Below, piece by piece: positions 55,809-64,000 of a DNA stretch of 64,000 nucleotides. Made by a program: the position numbers and the translations under genes. The notes below the pieces were generated by a model. It made no database searches and was not told the DNA's origin. It saw nothing but the letters and a program-made list of their open reading frames with translations. This DNA is from Corallococcus sp. (GTDB taxonomy: Bacteria > Bacillota > Clostridia > Christensenellales > CAG-314), in the NCBI GenBank assembly GCA_023665205.1, contig JAMPEJ010000005.1, positions 10,331 through 74,330 of the forward strand, read 5' to 3'. How positions within the stretch are numbered: the first letter of the stretch is position 1; the number at the start of each line of letters is the position of its first letter.

Positions 55809-56810
55809 TTAAATAAAGAACATAAACGTAAACGCTACGAAAACCGCGTTTAGCATAATTCCGTCAAATCTGTCCATAATTCCGCCGTGCTCGCCCAAAA
55901 GTCTGCTGTAATCCTTTATGCCGCAATAGCGTTTGACAAGGCTCGCCAACAAATCGCCTATTTGCGTCATAGCCGAACCGAACAGACCGATAACGACGTA
56001 TATTACGGCAACTGCCGCCACGTTAAGCCCCAAGCCTTTGTAAAGCAAACCGAACTGCGGCCCGAACACATGGAACAAGTCGAAAAGTAAAAATACGATA
56101 AGCGAACCGACCAAACCGCCGAAAACGCCGCCGGCCGCCCCTTCCACCGTCTTTTTTGGGGAAATCTCCGGACATAACTTGTGTTTGCCGAACAGACCGC
56201 CCACAAAGTAAGCGAACATATCCGTAAAAGAGGAGACGGCAAATACAAATGCCAGTCCTATCGCATTGTACGGCAGCAACTGTGCGCTTGCACGGGAGTT
56301 GCCGAAATATTGCCAAATGTCCGCCTCCAAATATTTTAGCATATCCGGATTATCTATAGGAAACGTGCTTGCCGAACGGTTGATGTACAAAAGAGCAGCC
56401 ATAAACATTCCGGGATATACCAACATATAGCCTATGTACATCAAACTGTCCACGCGGTTGACGGCAAGCGCCGTTACCGCCGCGCAAACAAAAACTATCA
56501 AAGTAAAAAAGATTATGCCGGTGTAACCGAACAAACTGTACGCCGGCCCAACGACTATAGCATAAAGCCACAAAAGCCAACTGAACTGATCGGGTATACG
56601 TTCGCGTCCGATGGCGCGGCGCATTTCTATTACGGCAAGGCAAATGATAACCGAAATTATAACGGCGTTTATTGCACGACCGCTTATTACTCGGGATTCC
56701 GAATTAACGTAGTTGGGCAGAAATATATCCAACGCGATCATGCCCAACATCAAAATAAATATCCCGATTCCTACCAACGTGCGGTTGATAAGCGATTTTT
56801 TGTTTAACAT
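55809..56810 (-). CDS. cdsA: Phosphatidate cytidylyltransferase
   Basis: D.FAYF.G, P.ISPKKT.EG, GDL..S.VKR...IKD....HGG..DRFD; GGAG SD before ATG 56810. Confidence 0.96.
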   Translation of the reverse strand: MLNKKSLINRTLVGIGIFILMLGMIALDIFLPNYVNSESRVISGRAINAVIISVIICLAVIEMRRAIGRERIPDQFSWLLWLYAIVVGPAYSLFGYTGIIFFTLIVFVCAAVTALAVNRVDSLMYIGYMLVYPGMFMAALLYINRSASTFPIDNPDMLKYLEADIWQYFGNSRASAQLLPYNAIGLAFVFAVSSFTDMFAYFVGGLFGKHKLCPEISPKKTVEGAAGGVFGGLVGSLIVFLLFDLFHVFGPQFGLLYKGLGLNVAAVAVIYVVIGLFGSAMTQIGDLLASLVKRYCGIKDYSRLLGEHGGIMDRFDGIMLNAVFVAFTFMFFI

Positions 56811-56954
56811 ATTTTTCTCCAAAGTAAGGGAAACATTTTTTCAACAACGAAAACCGAACGTCCGACAATTTGTATTAAACGTTGAAACCGTCCGAACAAT
56901 AATGCATAGTTTTGCGCCGCAATGCAAAAAGTGTCTGCAAAAAACATACGCAAT

Positions 56955-57644
56955 TTACTGCTTTCTATCCACCAAACCGCCGAAATTACGGCTGCGCGTG
57001 CAGTAGTCGGAAATTATACCGTCCAATTCCTCCGAGGAAAAATCCGGCCAAAGCGTATTTGTAAAATACAACTCCGCATAAGCGGACTGAAACAGCAGAA
57101 AGTTTGACAATCTCATTTGTCCGCCGGTACGGACAATAACGTCCGGTTCCGGCATAAATGCATTGTACAAATTGGCCGCTATGTTTTCTTCCGTAATCGG
57201 CAAACCTTGTTCCGCAACAAGCGCCGCCGCTCGTGCAATATCGCGTCTGCCGCCGTAGTTGATACAAAGATTGACGCATATTGCGTCAAAATTTTGCGTT
57301 TTAGCCTCTATATCTGCAATCTTATCTCTTAGAGTTGAAGGCAACTGTTCCGTTTCGCCGGAAACGACTATGCGAATGCGGTTTTCGCAAAAATTTGCAA
57401 GACCGTCCAAGTATTTTTCCGCAAGTGAAAACAACGCTGAAATTTCCGTTTTAGGTCTGCGCCAATTTTCCGTAGAAAAAACGTACAGACTAAGGTATTT
57501 TATGCCGCGAAACAGACAAAAATCTATGATTTTTTCCGCAGTGTCCAAACCGGCCTCGTGGCCTGCTTTACGTAATAAACCCCGTTTTTTTGCCCAACGG
57601 CCGTTGCCGTCCATAATAAGCGCTACGTGTTGCGGAAGATTCAT
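56955..57644 (-). CDS. uppS: Undecaprenyl diphosphate synthase
   Basis: P.HVALIMDGNGRWA, FSTENW.RP, NYGGR, RTGG..RLSNFLL.QSAY; start ATG 57644. Confidence 0.98.
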   Translation of the reverse strand: MNLPQHVALIMDGNGRWAKKRGLLRKAGHEAGLDTAEKIIDFCLFRGIKYLSLYVFSTENWRRPKTEISALFSLAEKYLDGLANFCENRIRIVVSGETEQLPSTLRDKIADIEAKTQNFDAICVNLCINYGGRRDIARAAALVAEQGLPITEENIAANLYNAFMPEPDVIVRTGGQMRLSNFLLFQSAYAELYFTNTLWPDFSSEELDGIISDYCTRSRNFGGLVDRKQ

Positions 57645-57895
57645 TGCACCTCGAACAGGTATCGGCAAACGACCAGTTCCAAAACGTCGCCGGACTGTCG
57701 TACTGCCGTAACCAACTCCTTGTCGAAATAGGATTGTTTTCTGTCTACATAATAAACAAACTTGAAGTTTGTTATACCTTTTTGCCTCAAAATGCCGGTA
57801 GCGTCGCAAACTTCAAGTCCGATGAGTTCGTTGTTGTCCATCGATAACGTACAGACGTCACGTCCGTTAAGTTCATTGTCGTTCATCAACAACAT
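57641..57895 (-). CDS. Small hypothetical protein between frr and uppS with a duplicated N-terminus
   Basis: Overlaps the frr stop and the uppS start; three in-frame ATGs (57895, 57886, 57841). Confidence 0.65.
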   Translation of the reverse strand: MLLMNDNELNGRDVCTLSMDNNELIGLEVCDATGILRQKGITNFKFVYYVDRKQSYFDKELVTAVRQSGDVLELVVCRYLFEVQ

Positions 57896-58470
57896 TACAC
57901 GGACATAACGTCCGCTTCTTTTTCTTTGGACAGTTTATCGACCGTTTCGACGTATTTTGCAAGACGTTTGTCCACTTCGCTTTCGTAGTCGGCAATCAAA
58001 TCTTCGGATACTGTCTTGGCATTTTTTTCCTTTTTAAGCCCTTCAAGAGCATCTCTGCGGGCGTTACGAAGCACCACTTTCGTGTCCTCGGCAAGTTTCT
58101 TTACCTGCTTTACAAGTTCCTTGCGACGTTCCTCTGTAAGCACGGGGAAAGTAAGGCGTATAACATTGCCGTCGTTTTGCGGAGTTACGCCGATATTGGC
58201 GGCAAGAATTGCCTTTTCCGCAAGTTTCAAGGCGGATTTATCCCACATGGAAATGACCAGACAACGGGGTTCAGGAACGGACACGTTACCCATTTGGTTA
58301 AGCGGAGTAAGCGTGCCGTAGTAATCCACCTTTATTCCTTCTACGATCTTCGGATTGGCGCGGCCGGCGCGCATAAGGTTGTATTCGCTCTTAGCGTAAT
58401 CTATGGCTTTTTCGCACTCCATATCCATGTTCAAAAATATTTCTTCAATTTGAGGATTGGCGTAATTCAT
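57895..58470 (-). CDS. frr: Ribosome recycling factor
   Basis: RAGRANP, V.YYG..TPL, P.NDG..IRL..P.LTEERRKEL, RNARRD. Confidence 0.99.
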   Translation of the reverse strand: MNYANPQIEEIFLNMDMECEKAIDYAKSEYNLMRAGRANPKIVEGIKVDYYGTLTPLNQMGNVSVPEPRCLVISMWDKSALKLAEKAILAANIGVTPQNDGNVIRLTFPVLTEERRKELVKQVKKLAEDTKVVLRNARRDALEGLKKEKNAKTVSEDLIADYESEVDKRLAKYVETVDKLSKEKEADVMSV

Positions 58471-58754
58471 AGTAATGCTCCTTTTTAGAATTCGTCGAAC
58501 GGCCGTACAAACAACCTATCTTTAGGCAAGGCCGTTTATTTTTTGATATTTTAATTCTACAATAATTCTGCGCAAAATTCAACCGTTATTTGCAAATACG
58601 CAAATAAAATATCTTCGAATGAGATTGCACTTTTTTACGTAGTGCTTACAAACGTGATTTCTGCCGCAGCCGACTTGCAGTACAAATTTTCAGACGCTTG
58701 TCAAGCAGAAACCTCTTTTGTGGCACGACGCGTGGGTTATATGCTTATTTCTAT

Positions 58755-59459
58755 CTAACGAATAACGGTACCCAATTTTTCGCCCTTGGCGATACGGTAC
58801 AATCCGTCGCGTTCGTCCTTGCCGAAACACACGACGGGGATATTGTTTTCCCTCGCCAACGCGATTGCGGTCAAATCCATTGCGTGCAAGTTATCGGCGA
58901 TAACTTTGTCGTAACTTATTTCGTCGTATTTTTTGGCATCGGGGTTAAGTCTCGGATCGCTGTCGTAAACGCCGTCCACCGCCTTAGCGCACAACACCGC
59001 GTCCGCTTCTATCTCGCAAGCGCGCAAAACAGCCGCCGTATCGGTAGAAAAATATGCCGAGCCGGTACCTCCGGCAAAGACCGCGATACAACCGGATTCA
59101 AATGCCTGCCACACGTTATCTACGATATGCGGCAAAACCACAGACTTGATTTCGATAGCGGAAAACAAGTCGCACTGTCCTTCTTGCGCAATTATAGCGT
59201 CGCAAAGCGCAAGCGCGTTCATAACGGTTGCAAGCATACCGATTTGATCCGCAGTTACGCGTTCCATAGATTCGGGGCTTGTTCTTCCTCGCCAAAAATT
59301 GCCTCCGCCTACGACTACTCCCACTTCTACTCCGCTTTCCGCCAGTTGCACAAGTTGACGCGCAACGTTGCTTACCGCGTTTTCGTCTATGCCAAAGCCT
59401 TTTTTACCGGCAAACGCTTCGCCGCTGATTTTAACCAATACACGGTTATATTGAGACAT
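58755..59459 (-). CDS. pyrH: Uridylate kinase
   Basis: KISGEA, VVGGGNFWRG, D..GMLATVMN, FSTDTAA.LRA, VDGVY.SDP, MD.TA. Confidence 0.98.
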   Translation of the reverse strand: MSQYNRVLVKISGEAFAGKKGFGIDENAVSNVARQLVQLAESGVEVGVVVGGGNFWRGRTSPESMERVTADQIGMLATVMNALALCDAIIAQEGQCDLFSAIEIKSVVLPHIVDNVWQAFESGCIAVFAGGTGSAYFSTDTAAVLRACEIEADAVLCAKAVDGVYDSDPRLNPDAKKYDEISYDKVIADNLHAMDLTAIALARENNIPVVCFGKDERDGLYRIAKGEKLGTVIR

Positions 59460-59480
59460 AAACTCCACCTCTCTGTTTTG

Positions 59481-59517
59481 AAAAAGGGAACAAAAAAGCT
59501 TGTTCCCTCTTTTTTCA
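59481..59517 (-). terminator. terminator after tsf
   Basis: agggaacaa/ttgttccct hairpin plus T tract. Confidence 0.75.
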
Positions 59518-59521
59518 ATGC

Positions 59522-60454
59522 TTATTGAACGCCTTTGAGTTGAGCCGCAATTTCGTCGGCAAAATTATCGTGGCGTTTTTCAATACCTTCGCCCATTTCG
59601 TAACGGACAAATCTGTTTACTTTTACGCTTGCGCCGGTTGCCTTCTCGCACTCGGCAATAACGTTTTTAACCGCAAGAGCGGAATCGCGGACGTATTCCT
59701 GTTCCAACAGGCACACTTCCTTGTAATATTTATGGATACGACCTTCCACCATTTTGGCAATAACCGCGTCAGGCTTGCCTTCGTTTTTGGCCTGAGCAGT
59801 CAGGATTTCGCGTTCGGAGTCCAAGTTGGACGCATCTACGTCTGCAATTGAAACAACTTGCGGTTTGCTTGCGGCAATTTGCATGCAAAGGTTAAATGCA
59901 AGTTCCTGCAAAGCGTCGGTTTTGGCGTTGCTTTCAACTTCGCACAGCACGCCGATTTTGCCTCCCATGTGGATGTAACTGGCAACAAGACCGTTTCCGT
60001 TCAACACATATTTCGTAAAGCGGCGCAAAGAAATTTTTTCGCCGATTTGTGCGGTCGCTTCCGCAATCAACACGTTGAGCGTTTTGGATTTGTCACCGAG
60101 ATACGGTTCTTCCAATGCTGCCTCTACGTTTGCGGCGTTGGACGCAAGCAAGTGATCGGCGATATTGTCGATAAGCGCGATAAATTGATCGCTGCGCGCA
60201 ACAAAGTCCGTTTCGCAATTGATTTCCACGGCTACTGCGGATTTTTTGTCGGCGGAAACAACGCACTTCACCAAGCCTTCGGCAGCCACGCGGCTTGCTT
60301 TTTTGGCTGCGCTTGCCATACCTTTTTCGCGCAAATATTTTACGGCTTCGTCAAAATTACCGTCGGTTTCTACAAGCGCCTTTTTGCAATCCATCATTCC
60401 GACGCCCGTTTGTTCGCGAAGTTTCATTACGTCTGCACTTGTAAAATTAGCCAT
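59522..60454 (-). CDS. tsf: Elongation factor Ts
   Basis: [31 protein letters not shown]. Confidence 0.99.
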   Translation of the reverse strand: MANFTSADVMKLREQTGVGMMDCKKALVETDGNFDEAVKYLREKGMASAAKKASRVAAEGLVKCVVSADKKSAVAVEINCETDFVARSDQFIALIDNIADHLLASNAANVEAALEEPYLGDKSKTLNVLIAEATAQIGEKISLRRFTKYVLNGNGLVASYIHMGGKIGVLCEVESNAKTDALQELAFNLCMQIAASKPQVVSIADVDASNLDSEREILTAQAKNEGKPDAVIAKMVEGRIHKYYKEVCLLEQEYVRDSALAVKNVIAECEKATGASVKVNRFVRYEMGEGIEKRHDNFADEIAAQLKGVQ

Positions 60455-61211
60455 TTGTTACCTCCTCGCCTGCAGCCTCTTCAGCCTCGTCCGCTGCAAT
60501 TTCGTCGTCTTCGGGAGCGGTCATCACGGTACCTTCCTTGGCCTCGATAACTGCGCCGCTGATAATGGACGCAATGATTTTGATTGCTCCGATAGCGTCG
60601 TCGTTTGCGGGAATGACCACGTCCACTTGGTCGGGATCGCAGTTGGTGTCAACCACAGCAACGATAGGGATATTCAAAGCATGCGCTTCGGCAACGGCGA
60701 TAGCTTCTTTTTTGGGATCTACGATAAAGATGCAACCGGGCATACCTTTCATATCCTTGATGCCGCCCAAGTTAGCTTGCAACTTATCGCGTTCCTCAAG
60801 CATCTTTGCCACTTCTTTTTTAGGCAAAACGTCCAATTCTCCCAACTTTTCCATTTGGTTGATTTTGTTGAGGCGGTCGATACGCGACTTGATCGTTTTG
60901 TAGTTGGTAAGAGTGCCGCCCAACCAACGGTTATTGATATAGAACATTCCGCAACGCTCGGCTTCCGCCTTGATGGCTTCCTGCGCTTGCTTTTTTGTGC
61001 CTACAAACAACACGGGTTTGCCGGATGCTGCGATATCGCGCACGAAAGCATACGCAAGTTCCGCCTGAGCAACCGTTTGTTGAAGGTCGATGATATGTAT
61101 ATCGTTACGCTCTGCATAGATATACTTTTTCATTTTGGGGTTCCATCTTCTGGTTTGGTGACCGAAGTGCACGCCTGCTTCCAGAAGTTGTTTCATTGAT
61201 ACAACTGCCAT
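60447..61211 (-). CDS. rpsB: 30S ribosomal protein S2
   Basis: [38 protein letters not shown]. Confidence 0.99.
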   Translation of the reverse strand: MAVVSMKQLLEAGVHFGHQTRRWNPKMKKYIYAERNDIHIIDLQQTVAQAELAYAFVRDIAASGKPVLFVGTKKQAQEAIKAEAERCGMFYINNRWLGGTLTNYKTIKSRIDRLNKINQMEKLGELDVLPKKEVAKMLEERDKLQANLGGIKDMKGMPGCIFIVDPKKEAIAVAEAHALNIPIVAVVDTNCDPDQVDVVIPANDDAIGAIKIIASIISGAVIEAKEGTVMTAPEDDEIAADEAEEAAGEEVTNG

Positions 61212-61239
61212 TTTTCCGTTCTCCTTTTTCTTTTATTGT

Positions 61240-61407
61240 TTTTAACCTCTCCGCGCCGTTTTAGGAAGTATCGGATGCATTTGCGAGAATGCCCGAAATC
61301 CTATTGCTCCGCCCGCAACCAAGCGGCAAACTTGGCACAACGGACGAATATTGCGCGAATGCGAATTAAACCGCATAGATTATAGCACAACGTAAAACTT
61401 TTTGCAA
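61240..61407 (-). promoter_or_regulatory. rpsB promoter and structured 5' leader (likely S2 autoregulatory element)
   Basis: TTGCAA(61407)-N17-TATAAT(61384) with TGn; ~160-nt GC-rich leader with hairpins ending GCGGAG. Confidence 0.6.
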
Positions 61408-61611
61408 CAAATGTAGAGCAACTTTTTTGACAATAAGTATCAACTTTTTAAGCCGCACTTTCTACCGTTTTTTGTACAGTTAGTTTGCTTTTACAACCAA
61501 TTGTTACAAGCAAATAATTTGAATTACTTAATCACGCAGAAAAACAGACCTGCGTCAAATACCTTATGCGCAGGCCTGTTGTACACGATAAATTTTTATT
61601 CTGATCGCAAA

Positions 61612-62481
61612 TCAATATTCCAAAATTTGCTCGTGCGCAATATCTATCATATCCAAAGCCGTTTTAAGCGTGGCAAGTTCCGTCACGGCAATTACCGTAG
61701 GACGAACGCGTATCTTTGCTTTGCCCTTTTGATTAGCGGTATTTTTCCTATACTCTTTCAAAAGATCGTTCTCCAGCGAAAACTCGGCAACCGTAACACC
61801 TTTGCGTACCAAAAGTTTCAAAATTGACTTTTTGCCTATCTTGACGTTTTCGTAGTTGCGCGTAATAGACAAAACGGCTTGCGGCTTTTGCAGCGCTTTT
61901 TGTTTAAGTTCGTCAAAGAAACTTTTTTGCTCGGCTGATAATTCCGCATACAGTTCTTCTATGGTTTTGTTTTCTTTGAAATGTATCGTGCCGCCGTCGG
62001 ACTTCTGCTCCGTCGCCTGTTCCGAAACCGTCGCAACGGGCGCAGGGCTTTCCTCCTCTTTTTTGGGCTCGTCGGAGTTTGCTCCGTTAGTGTTGTACAC
62101 GTTTATTATAATAGGCTGTTGCGTGGGCTTCTCTTCCGCTTTTACAGGTTCTTCCTCCGCTACCGCAACAGGCTCGGGTTCGGGATCGAGGACAGGCTCC
62201 GCAACTTTTTCCTCGCCCATATTTACCGGCACGTAAACGGTGTTGATTTCGCGTATGACGTGCACGGGAACTTCGTCCGCCACGGCAGCGACAGGCTCGC
62301 CCTCTACCGTAACGAGAGAAGTTTGCTTGCCTTCCGAACTAACGCTACGTTCTCGTTTTGCAAAAACGTTAGCAAGCAACAACACCAACAATATTGCGGC
62401 GACTGCAGCAACGGCAATTTCTACGCCCAGACCTATGGCAAAACCGTTAGAAGACAACAAGCAGATAAATTTATCCAACAT
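61612..62481 (-). CDS. Membrane-anchored hypothetical protein (TM, Pro/Glu linker, C-terminal alpha/beta domain)
   Basis: N-terminal hydrophobic helix, EPEP-rich linker, globular C-terminal ~125 aa; TAATG-coupled to the upstream gene. Confidence 0.75.
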   Translation of the reverse strand: MLDKFICLLSSNGFAIGLGVEIAVAAVAAILLVLLLANVFAKRERSVSSEGKQTSLVTVEGEPVAAVADEVPVHVIREINTVYVPVNMGEEKVAEPVLDPEPEPVAVAEEEPVKAEEKPTQQPIIINVYNTNGANSDEPKKEEESPAPVATVSEQATEQKSDGGTIHFKENKTIEELYAELSAEQKSFFDELKQKALQKPQAVLSITRNYENVKIGKKSILKLLVRKGVTVAEFSLENDLLKEYRKNTANQKGKAKIRVRPTVIAVTELATLKTALDMIDIAHEQILEY

Positions 62482-64000
62482 TATTCGTTGCCCTCCTTAC
62501 GTTTTTTCCTGAAAATTACTATTACGGCGATAACGAGAGCCAATGCTACCAATCCGCCGATCACTACGCCCGCGATCCATCCTGCATTGTTGGGAGCCGG
62601 CGTTGTGATAACAAAGTTAGAGAAACGATCCGTTTCAAACACCAAATAATCGCCGTCGCGCGTAGCGTTTAGATCCTCAGCCACGCCGTCTTCGTTGATA
62701 AAGAACACGTTGAGCCTGTCTTTATCGTGCAGTTCTTCCGGAATCAGCAAACGAATAACGTATTTGCCGTCCGCGCTGATCGGATTGCCCGTTTTGCTGT
62801 CGGTAAAGGTGATTTCGTACGCTTGACCGTATTCTTGTTTGACTTTGCCGATATAACCGGTAAGGTTTGCAATTTTGTCTTCGTCTTCGACTTTAGTGAT
62901 ATTGAGCACGCCGTTTGCAGCAACGCCCTTGTCGGGATCTTTATTGCTTATTTCGCCCATGACGACGCCGTTTTCGTCGGCGGGGGTACTTGCGCTTTCC
63001 ACATTGACGGATGCAGCGATAAGAATATATACTTCACCGTAGTTGACGGCGCCGTCAACGGAAAGTTCGGGAATCACCGCTTTTATCAAATAGGTTTCGC
63101 CGGCTTTCCAAGTGCTTGCCGCTTCCAGCGTATAGGGTTGCCAATCGTTTGTCGCTTCGTTCGCAAGATAGAAGCATTGCAATCTGTCTGCGCCGAACAA
63201 AGCGTCCACGCGAACTTCAACCGGAGTAGCGCCCTCTTTCCAACTGCTGAAATACACTTTATCGATCTTGTTTTCGGCAGTTTCTACCGATATTTCGTAC
63301 GAATAGGAAAGTTCCAAGCTGTTTCCGCCCTTCACAAGGTTTACGGTCAGTTCTATTTCGTACTTGCCGACATTGACGATAAGTTTGGAAACTTCCGTCG
63401 CGCTCGCAATAGCGCCGTTTACGGTGTAAGTAACCGTAACTTCGTCGGGTATTATTTCGGCGTCGCCGAACATTATTTTGTAGCCGGAAACGCGATAATC
63501 GACCGCATTGCCGGTGTAAGTTACGTTAGTTTCCGGCGTAACCACGTCCGCCAACGCATAACTGTCGGGAGCCATCATCACAAACGTAGCCGTCACGTTG
63601 TCAGGCAGTGCGTAACGTTTTGAAAATTCGCTATCGGGATCTGCAAAGGCAAATTTTGCAATTATCGTATAAGTACCCCAAGTGCTGAAAGATTTTACCG
63701 AGGTGCCGTCTTCCAACGTAAACGCAACGGTCAATCCGTATTCGGCAAGCGTTTTGTTGAGGCCGCCGTTTGTAACGCGCGGTTCGGGGATATTGTACGT
63801 TGCGCCTTGTTCCAAAACGGCCTTTTTGTCTTCAAAAGAGATTTCCAACTTTTCCTTTGCCTTTACCGTAAACGTCAGGCTGTCGGAAACGTCAACAAAC
63901 TCCACCGTCAACACGTAGGTTCCTGCCGAAGTAAACACGAGACGGTAATCGTTGACCGCTTCGCCGTTCAAAGTCAGTTTGAACATTCCATCGTCGATTT
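62481..64000 (-). CDS. Large cell-surface protein with beta-rich (Ig-like) domains and a C-terminal TM anchor (3' part only)
   Basis: Frame is open to the window edge; TYTG/G.Y repeats, LVFETDRFSNF juxtamembrane motif, TM followed by RKKRK. Confidence 0.8.
   Translation of the reverse strand, partial: IDDGMFKLTLNGEAVNDYRLVFTSAGTYVLTVEFVDVSDSLTFTVKAKEKLEISFEDKKAVLEQGATYNIPEPRVTNGGLNKTLAEYGLTVAFTLEDGTSVKSFSTWGTYTIIAKFAFADPDSEFSKRYALPDNVTATFVMMAPDSYALADVVTPETNVTYTGNAVDYRVSGYKIMFGDAEIIPDEVTVTYTVNGAIASATEVSKLIVNVGKYEIELTVNLVKGGNSLELSYSYEISVETAENKIDKVYFSSWKEGATPVEVRVDALFGADRLQCFYLANEATNDWQPYTLEAASTWKAGETYLIKAVIPELSVDGAVNYGEVYILIAASVNVESASTPADENGVVMGEISNKDPDKGVAANGVLNITKVEDEDKIANLTGYIGKVKQEYGQAYEITFTDSKTGNPISADGKYVIRLLIPEELHDKDRLNVFFINEDGVAEDLNATRDGDYLVFETDRFSNFVITTPAPNNAGWIAGVVIGGLVALALVIAVIVIFRKKRKEGNE

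Noticed and set aside
1-64000. CRISPR arrays, tRNA/rRNA genes, integrases, transposases, prophage structural genes
   Set aside because: I saw no regularly spaced repeats, cloverleafs or recombinase/transposase motifs; the MuF-like motif is the only phage-related signal

Overview
A 64-kb core-genome segment of a spore-forming Clostridia-like Firmicute (the lineage is inferred from gene content and synteny), with almost all genes on the minus strand. In transcription order it carries: a partial large membrane-anchored surface protein and a second membrane protein; rpsB-tsf-pyrH-frr-uppS-cdsA-dxr-rseP-ispG; a PolC-derived ORF; rimP-nusA-ylxR-ylxQ-infB-rbfA-nrnA-truB-ribF-nfo-like-pepP-efp; spoIIIAA-AH; asp23-nusB-folD-xseAB-ispA; the ~580-nt OLE RNA with oapA; argR-recN-spoIVB-spoIIM-like-deoB-dacF; a lipoprotein; site-2 protease-scpAB-ytfIJ-dacB-rluB-surE-flavoprotein-aroH-plsC-ispH::rpsA-rpsO-pnp; then PAP2, rpmB, asp23 and fakA. 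I saw no rRNA, tRNA, CRISPR array, integrase or transposase. The highlights are: (1) a phage-free two-gene cassette with its own promoter, encoding a MuF-like Cys/His core fused to a DUF6883-like toxin plus a DUF4926-like immunity protein, with a second orphan immunity copy that still carries a 21-codon toxin stub; (2) an intact PolC remnant at the polC locus that lacks the PHP and polymerase domains and has a dead exonuclease; (3) a synonymously recoded duplicate of the pnp 3' end, resembling an att scar; (4) a G9 tract inside the promoter spacer of a lipoprotein gene; (5) two covarying copies of a ~115-nt structured element directly after the stops of dacF and spoIVB; (6) ArgR and FolD variants lacking key ligand or catalytic residues. 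All family assignments come from motif recognition by eye; no searches were run.
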